Positions 23,844 through 32,000 of a stretch of DNA of 32,000 nucleotides are shown here, in pieces. The notes beneath the pieces were generated by a model. That model did no database searches. It was not told the DNA's origin and was given only the letters and a program-made list of their open reading frames with translations. The DNA is taken from positions 330,001-362,000 of the forward strand of contig NZ_CP013213.1 in the NCBI RefSeq assembly GCF_001545095.1. Direction: 5' to 3'. This stretch comes from Erysipelothrix larvae. Its GTDB lineage: Bacteria > Bacillota_I > Bacilli_A > Erysipelotrichales > Erysipelotrichaceae. Made by a program: the position numbers and the translations under genes. Position 1 is the first letter of the stretch, and every line of letters begins with the position of its first letter.

Positions 23844-25076
23844 GAGTTGTTCTAGACACGCTTTGGCAGTGTCTGAATTTAGATGGGGTTGTTTTAAGAG
23901 TAGGTGTACCAATGCTTCAACTTCAGTGGGTTTTGCACCTGCCTTTAAAGCCAGGTTACGTGCATGGAGTGCCATGTGTCCTTTTTGGATACCATCGGTT
24001 GTGAGCGCATAGATTGCGGCGAAGTTTTGCGCCAATGCAACACAGGCAATGCATTCCATTAAGGATTTCACATCATGAAACCCAAGAATCTCATAGGCAA
24101 GTTTTACTTTAGGGTTGAGTCCAATGCTTCCACCAACGCTGCCTAACGCTAATGGCAGGGTTGTTTCACCACAAATCATGCCTTCATCATTTAATGACCA
24201 GGTTGTGAAGGGTTCAAGCTGTCCGTTTCGTGAATGATAGCTGTATATGCCAGCATTGACCGCGCGCCAGTCATTGCCGGTTGCGATTAAGATTGCATCA
24301 ACACCATTCATGATACCTTTGTTGTGGGTAGCGGTTCTAAAGGGGTCAAGTTTAGACAAAAGGCTTGCTTCAGTAATCTTTTGACCAATGGTATCGCTGA
24401 ACTTTAAGGTTGATGGGTCAAGGGTGCAGTGTGCATGGACGAGGCATTCTGGCGTATTGTTTGTGAGAATCGCCATAAGGGCGTGTTCTTGGGTGTTTGT
24501 TTCAATGAGTGTTCTGAGGCTTTCTAAGATGGTGTTAATCATGTTAGCGCCCATTGCTTCTTGTGTGTCCACTAAGACATCCACAATCACAAGGGTGTTA
24601 TCGTCTTTGGTGATGTGTCGTGTCGTGATGGATTGAACCCCACCACCCCGTTTTATAATCGATGGGTGCGCCTGATGGGCGTTGTCAAAGAGTGCTTCTT
24701 GGTGTGTCTCAATGAAGTCTTGGATGGCTTGGGGATTGTTTGGATTCACAAAAGCAATCTCACCGCGCATGACACGGGAAATGACACTGCTTGTGAAGCC
24801 TCCATTTTGTTTAATGATATTTGCGGCATTACTTGAAGCGGCAATTACTGAGGGTTCTTCTGTGACCATCGGAATGACAATTTGTCTTCCATTAATACAA
24901 TAATTTGGCGAAACTCCCATTGGAAGTTCGAATGTTGTGATTGCATTTTCAATCATATTATTGTAGGTAGAAGCTGGAAGTGACCCAAAATAATCGGGGT
25001 TAATGTGCCGATCACGTTTTAGGATTTCCAAACGTTCTGCAATACTTTTTTTATAAAAACCTTTATACTGTGACAT
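23823..25076 (-). CDS. mvaA: Hydroxymethylglutaryl-CoA reductase, class II
   Basis: Trimmed to ATG 25076, which lies 6 nt after GAGGTGA. About 417 aa, as expected for class II enzymes. Conserved segments include EEPSVIAA, DAMGANMINT and GTVGG-like SVGGS. Confidence 0.9.
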   Translation of the reverse strand: MSQYKGFYKKSIAERLEILKRDRHINPDYFGSLPASTYNNMIENAITTFELPMGVSPNYCINGRQIVIPMVTEEPSVIAASSNAANIIKQNGGFTSSVISRVMRGEIAFVNPNNPQAIQDFIETHQEALFDNAHQAHPSIIKRGGGVQSITTRHITKDDNTLVIVDVLVDTQEAMGANMINTILESLRTLIETNTQEHALMAILTNNTPECLVHAHCTLDPSTLKFSDTIGQKITEASLLSKLDPFRTATHNKGIMNGVDAILIATGNDWRAVNAGIYSYHSRNGQLEPFTTWSLNDEGMICGETTLPLALGSVGGSIGLNPKVKLAYEILGFHDVKSLMECIACVALAQNFAAIYALTTDGIQKGHMALHARNLALKAGAKPTEVEALVHLLLKQPHLNSDTAKACLEQLKATHSS

Positions 25077-25194
25077 GTATTTCACCTCACTCTTAATCAT
25101 AGACGAAAAGTGATCAGAATGCTATAAGTTTGAAGTACATTGCGATGCATTCATGGGATTAAGCGTTATAATAGATGCAAGGGAGGTTTGAAAC

Positions 25195-26136
25195 ATGAAA
25201 ACTACTAAAATATCAATTATCGGTGCGGGTTCTGTTGGTTCTGCAACTGCATTTGCACTGGTGAACCATGGCCTTGCGTCTGAAATCGTCATTGTCGATA
25301 TCAATGCGAAAAAAGCAGAAGGTGAAGCGATGGATATCGTTCAAGGGCAAGTATTTGTAAGTCCAGTGAATGTAAGAAGTGGCACCTATAGTGATACCAA
25401 GGGTTCTGACATTGTAATTATTACTGCAGGACTGGCACAAAAACCCGGTGAAACACGGATTGATTTAGTCAATCGGAATATTGAAATCTACAAACAAATG
25501 ATTCCAGAAATTGCATCCAATAACCCGGATTCAATTTTACTGGTTGTATCAAATCCTGTAGATATTCTTTCTTATGTAACTTATAAGTTATCAGGCTTTG
25601 CTGCAGAACGTGTGATTGGCTCTGGAACCGTTCTTGATACCGCGCGTTTTCAATCCATTTTATCGCAAGAGTTTGGTGTGGATGCCCGCAATATTCATGC
25701 GAATATTATTGGTGAACATGGAGATACTGAAATTGCGACATGGTCACTGGCAACCATTGCAGGACTTACCATCGAACAATATTGCCGTAACATTGGGTTA
25801 GAGTTTCCTGAAGAACATAAAAATGAAATCACAGATGCAGTTAAAAATGCTGCCTATGAAATCATTGATCGTAAAGGCTTTACCAATTATGCAGTCGCCC
25901 TTGCGATTACCCATATTGTGAAAGTCATCCTTCGTGGTGAAAACTCAATCTTGACCGTTTCGACACTTCAAAGTGGTGCATATGGGTTAGAAGATGTTTA
26001 TATCTCAGTTCCGACGATTGTGACACGAAGTGGTGTCAAACAAGTTGTGGAAGTCCCATATAGCCAACAAGAACGCCATGATTTAAAGGTGTCTGCTGAT
26101 ACGCTGAAAGCGATTTTAGACAGTTCAAACTTATAA
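25195..26136 (+). CDS. ldh: L-lactate dehydrogenase
   Basis: AGGGAGG RBS, with TATAAT at 25167-72. Rossmann motif ISIIGAGSVGSATAF. Substrate and catalytic segments VSNPVDIL, GSGTVLDTAR, IIGEHGDTE. Confidence 0.95.
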   Translation: MKTTKISIIGAGSVGSATAFALVNHGLASEIVIVDINAKKAEGEAMDIVQGQVFVSPVNVRSGTYSDTKGSDIVIITAGLAQKPGETRIDLVNRNIEIYKQMIPEIASNNPDSILLVVSNPVDILSYVTYKLSGFAAERVIGSGTVLDTARFQSILSQEFGVDARNIHANIIGEHGDTEIATWSLATIAGLTIEQYCRNIGLEFPEEHKNEITDAVKNAAYEIIDRKGFTNYAVALAITHIVKVILRGENSILTVSTLQSGAYGLEDVYISVPTIVTRSGVKQVVEVPYSQQERHDLKVSADTLKAILDSSNL

Positions 26137-26163
26137 ACATGTGTCTTTTCACATGTTTTTTTA
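26135..26163 (+). terminator. Intrinsic terminator after ldh
   Basis: AAACATGTG tctttt CACATGTTT followed by a T-run. It overlaps the stop codon. Confidence 0.8.
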
Positions 26164-26226
26164 TGTTTTTTTTGTATAATGACCCTTCAGTGGTGTATAA
26201 TAACGCAGTTATAGATAGGAAATGTG

Positions 26227-29194
<2,968 letters not shown>

Positions 29195-29198
29195 AAGG

Positions 29199-29245
29199 AA
29201 ATTGCATTTTTGGTTGAAGGATTCAATCTAAGATGCAATTTTTTA
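29199..29245 (+). terminator. Hairpin and T-run after tgt
   Basis: AAATTGCAT (29199-207 region) pairs with ATGCAATTT (29233-41). An inner TTGAA/TTCAA pair is present. The hairpin is followed by TTTT. Confidence 0.5.
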
Positions 29246-29280
29246 CACACATACACCAACGTTGAGGAGGGTTACCTATT

Positions 29281-30333
29281 ATGAATGTAAATGATTTTGA
29301 CTTTAATTTACCAGAGGAACTTATTGCCCAAGTTCCCCTTAAAAATCGTGAAACATCACGACTGCTTGTTGTGGCACAAGATCACCTAGAAGATCGTCAT
29401 TTTTATGATATCGTGGATTATCTTAAATCGGGAGATGTCTTGGTTGTGAATAACACAAAGGTCATCGCAGCCCGTCTTTTTGGCATTAAAGAAGAGACCG
29501 GTGCTCATGTTGAACTGTTGATTCTAAAGTTTGAAGGTAACCGTGTAGAATGCCTAGTGGGCAATGCGAAAGTTGTAAAACTTGGAACCCGGTTGAGCTT
29601 TGGTGAAGGGCGATTAATCGCTGTGTGTACTAAAATTGGGGAAGAGGGCATTCGCTTTTTTGACCTAGAATATGATGGTATCTTTTTGGAAGTGCTGGAT
29701 GAATTAGGGCAAATGCCCCTACCTCCGTATATCCATGAACGCCTTGAAGATCCAAATCGTTATCAAACCGTCTATGCGAAAGTGGATGGCAGCGCAGCAG
29801 CTCCGACTGCAGGGCTTCACTTTACACCAGATTTGATGGATCGAATTAAAGATTTAGGGGTGAGTATTGCGGAAGTAACCCTTCATGTGGGATTGGGAAC
29901 GTTTAGACCAGTGAAGGTTGAAACGGTTGAAACCCATAAGATGCATGAGGAACATTATATGATGTCCCAAGAAACTGCAGATCTATTAAATGAAGCAAAA
30001 GCAAAGGGTCGTCGTATTATCGCAGTTGGAACAACATCGGTTCGAACCCTTGAAACGATTCTAAAAAAATATGGGGCGTTTAAGGCATGTGAAGGCGATA
30101 GTGATATCTTTATCTATCCAGGATATACTTTTGAAGGGGTGGATGCAATCATTACAAATTTCCATTTACCAAAGTCGACCTTAGTGATGTTAGTGAGTGC
30201 TTTTGCAGGGAAGTCAGTGATTGAACATGCGTATCAACATGCAATTGATGAAAAATATCGCTTCTTTTCCTTTGGTGATAGCATGTTTTTACAAGAACCT
30301 GCCAAAGGGGTGTGTCGTAAAACTATAAAATAG
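29281..30333 (+). CDS. queA: S-adenosylmethionine:tRNA ribosyltransferase-isomerase
   Basis: GAGGAGGG RBS. N-terminus [26 protein letters not shown]. Motifs [26 protein letters not shown]. Confidence 0.95.
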   Translation: MNVNDFDFNLPEELIAQVPLKNRETSRLLVVAQDHLEDRHFYDIVDYLKSGDVLVVNNTKVIAARLFGIKEETGAHVELLILKFEGNRVECLVGNAKVVKLGTRLSFGEGRLIAVCTKIGEEGIRFFDLEYDGIFLEVLDELGQMPLPPYIHERLEDPNRYQTVYAKVDGSAAAPTAGLHFTPDLMDRIKDLGVSIAEVTLHVGLGTFRPVKVETVETHKMHEEHYMMSQETADLLNEAKAKGRRIIAVGTTSVRTLETILKKYGAFKACEGDSDIFIYPGYTFEGVDAIITNFHLPKSTLVMLVSAFAGKSVIEHAYQHAIDEKYRFFSFGDSMFLQEPAKGVCRKTIK

Positions 30334-30368
30334 TGATATAATAAGGAACAGTAGAGGGTGAGTTGTAT

Positions 30369-30872
30369 ATGGAAAAATTAGAAGTTAAAAAAATATTTCG
30401 ACGCATTGTATTGTTTGTGTTTCTTGGACACTTTGTCTTAAGTTTCATTCACTTACTTGTGTTTTATATGGGACATCCTCTGTTTGATATGCTCAATGAG
30501 TTTCCAATTTGGGTTCAAGTAGTGGGGGTATCCCTTTGGAACTTTATCGCATATGTAGTAGTGGGAATCATTTTGGGTGTGAACCGAGACGATCAACCCC
30601 TGTACTATTTATTGTTGGATCGTGCATTAATACTCTTAGCGTTGTTTTTAATCTTAGTATATGGTGCGATTTATATTTCAACCTATTGGTATACTTTACG
30701 AAATATATGGTTAATCTATAGTTTACTGAATGCGTTATTTGGTACGTATATGTACCGTCTTCCTACAGAAAGTATTCTGTCATTGTGGTGGGTTGTCTCA
30801 ACAATCGTCCCATCAATCGCAATGTTTGTGGGCGCTTTGATACGCATGCACTTTGAGGAGAAGAAATCATGA
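30369..30872 (+). CDS. Hypothetical integral membrane protein (about 5 TM)
   Basis: ATG lies 8 nt after GAGGGTGA. The sequence is strongly hydrophobic. I recognise no family. Confidence 0.55.
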   Translation: MEKLEVKKIFRRIVLFVFLGHFVLSFIHLLVFYMGHPLFDMLNEFPIWVQVVGVSLWNFIAYVVVGIILGVNRDDQPLYYLLLDRALILLALFLILVYGAIYISTYWYTLRNIWLIYSLLNALFGTYMYRLPTESILSLWWVVSTIVPSIAMFVGALIRMHFEEKKS

Positions 30873-31207
30873 AAAATTATTGGTCTGCACTTTTGGTAAT
30901 TATCGCAAGTGCACTTGTCTATCATTTACTTGAAAAATTAATACCGGGTGGATTTGGGTGGATCTTAACCTTGGTATACTGTATCTTACTGTTAGTCATT
31001 GGGGGATTTTTACTGCCAGGTAGAAAAAAGAACAATCGATGGTTTGGCAAAGTTGTCATCTCATTGATTGTAGTCTTCATCATGGGAATCCGTTTGGATA
31101 TCTTTGGTGTGTATGAATTCCAACGATTACTAAATTTAGTCGGCTTGAACGGAGTCTTTCTTGATTTACTCTTGGTATATTGTGGATGGGCGTTTTACCA
31201 AGTATGA
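30869..31207 (+). CDS. Hypothetical small integral membrane protein (about 3-4 TM)
   Basis: ATGA overlap with the previous gene. Hydrophobic helices are separated by a GRKKNNRWFGK loop. Confidence 0.5.
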   Translation: MKNYWSALLVIIASALVYHLLEKLIPGGFGWILTLVYCILLLVIGGFLLPGRKKNNRWFGKVVISLIVVFIMGIRLDIFGVYEFQRLLNLVGLNGVFLDLLLVYCGWAFYQV

Positions 31208-31983
31208 ATTTTTTTAAATTCTATCCAAACCCAGTAGAGGGGGTTTCTGTTGAGCCGTTCACAACAGTCTATATGATTCTATTGGCAATTACGCTTCTCT
31301 TAGTTGGTGTTGTCCTTTGGATTGGATACAACCAAAATCAAATGATGCGTCAAAAAACGATGCGTACGTTAATTTGGGCACTGCCCATCTTAGAATTAAT
31401 CCGTCAAGTGTGGTTAATTCAATCGGGTGGGTACGACTTAACAGAACACTTACCCATTCATCTTTGTGGCTTTATGATTTTTTTAATGCCATTATGGTGG
31501 ATGACACGCAGTAAGTTTTTGGAGAATTTTACCTATTATGCAGGGACCTTTGGGGCACTCATGGCACTTCTTTTTAACTACAACCATGCACCATGGTTTA
31601 ACATTCAAACCTTCCAAACGTTCTTAGTCCATGGTATTATTTTCTGTATTCCAATTTTTAACGTGCTTTATCTTGGGTTTAGACCCCAACGCAAATATTT
31701 TAGAACATCCGTAGTCTGTCTCTTTGGGTTGTCTGCACTTGTCTATGGAATCAATCTGGTATTAGGCAGTAACTACTTCTTCTTAATGGCAGCAGTTGAT
31801 AATTCACCCTTAGCTTTGATTGAATCGATTGTGGGCTATCCTTGGATGCTTCTTGTAGCAGCAGCTGGGATTGTCTTTATATGGTATTTAATGTTTATTT
31901 TCTTTGAGAAAAGTCAACGCAATCGCATGCGTTATGTAGTAAGTAGTGAATATGTTGAACGACATGTTCGTATTATCCGATAA
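31204..31983 (+). CDS. Integral membrane protein, YwaF/TMEM164-like family (tentative)
   Basis: ATGA overlap with the previous gene. About 7 TM. The LPIHLCGFMIF motif resembles the conserved LP.HLC motif of the YwaF-type family (recalled from memory). Confidence 0.55.
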   Translation: MNFFKFYPNPVEGVSVEPFTTVYMILLAITLLLVGVVLWIGYNQNQMMRQKTMRTLIWALPILELIRQVWLIQSGGYDLTEHLPIHLCGFMIFLMPLWWMTRSKFLENFTYYAGTFGALMALLFNYNHAPWFNIQTFQTFLVHGIIFCIPIFNVLYLGFRPQRKYFRTSVVCLFGLSALVYGINLVLGSNYFFLMAAVDNSPLALIESIVGYPWMLLVAAAGIVFIWYLMFIFFEKSQRNRMRYVVSSEYVERHVRIIR

Positions 31984-32000
31984 ATGAAAGAGTGATGAAT

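Noticed and set aside
25077-25194. Rex or cre operator upstream of ldh, and a cre site upstream of glgP.
   Set aside because: I looked for TTGTGAA-N6-TTCACAA and TGWAANCGNTNWCA-like palindromes. I found only TGAA-N15-TTCA near ldh, which has the wrong spacing, and nothing convincing near glgP.

Overview
The window looks like a chromosomal segment of a low-GC Gram-positive bacterium (Bacillota). I infer this from the Bacillus-type gene order cysS-mrnC-rlmB-sigH-rpmG-secE-nusG, AGGAGG-type ribosome binding sites, and frequent ATGA stop/start overlaps. A finer taxon cannot be assigned from sequence alone.

I call about 31 CDS, nearly all on the + strand.

Housekeeping content:
- glgP, an RpiR regulator and an FMN reductase
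- the cysS-to-nusG block
- a lower mevalonate pathway operon (mvk-mvaD-mvaK2-fni) with a translationally coupled PHP phosphatase
- a PyrR-type attenuator followed by a uracil permease
- mutY
- class II HMG-CoA reductase (mvaA, minus strand)
- ldh, typA/bipA and tgt-queA
- three coupled membrane-protein genes

I found no rRNA, tRNA, CRISPR array, transposase or integrase.

The clear accessory island lies at about 15.1-19.4 kb and has terminator hairpins on both sides. It is a four-gene operon:
- a TasA/camelysin-like protein
- a second TasA-like protein ending in an LPSTG sorting signal
- a SipW-type (ER/archaeal-type) signal peptidase
- a 775-aa protein that combines a SipW-type signal, a TasA-like module, two Ig-like domains and a seven-blade RCC1 beta-propeller

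I read this as a candidate cell-wall-anchored TasA-type fibre with a propeller-bearing subunit. To my knowledge this architecture is not characterised.

Secondary points of interest:
- a MutY that keeps the Fe-S loop spacing but only 2 of the 4 cysteine ligands
- an Msr-sized ABC-F protein with a roughly 200-nt leader
- a membrane protein with a C-terminal His...Asn-Cys domain
- two orphan minus-strand units, each a -10 or full promoter followed by a hairpin and a T-run (candidate sRNAs or leaders)
- two possibly leaderless genes

All homology statements come from motif recognition by eye and memory, not from database searches.
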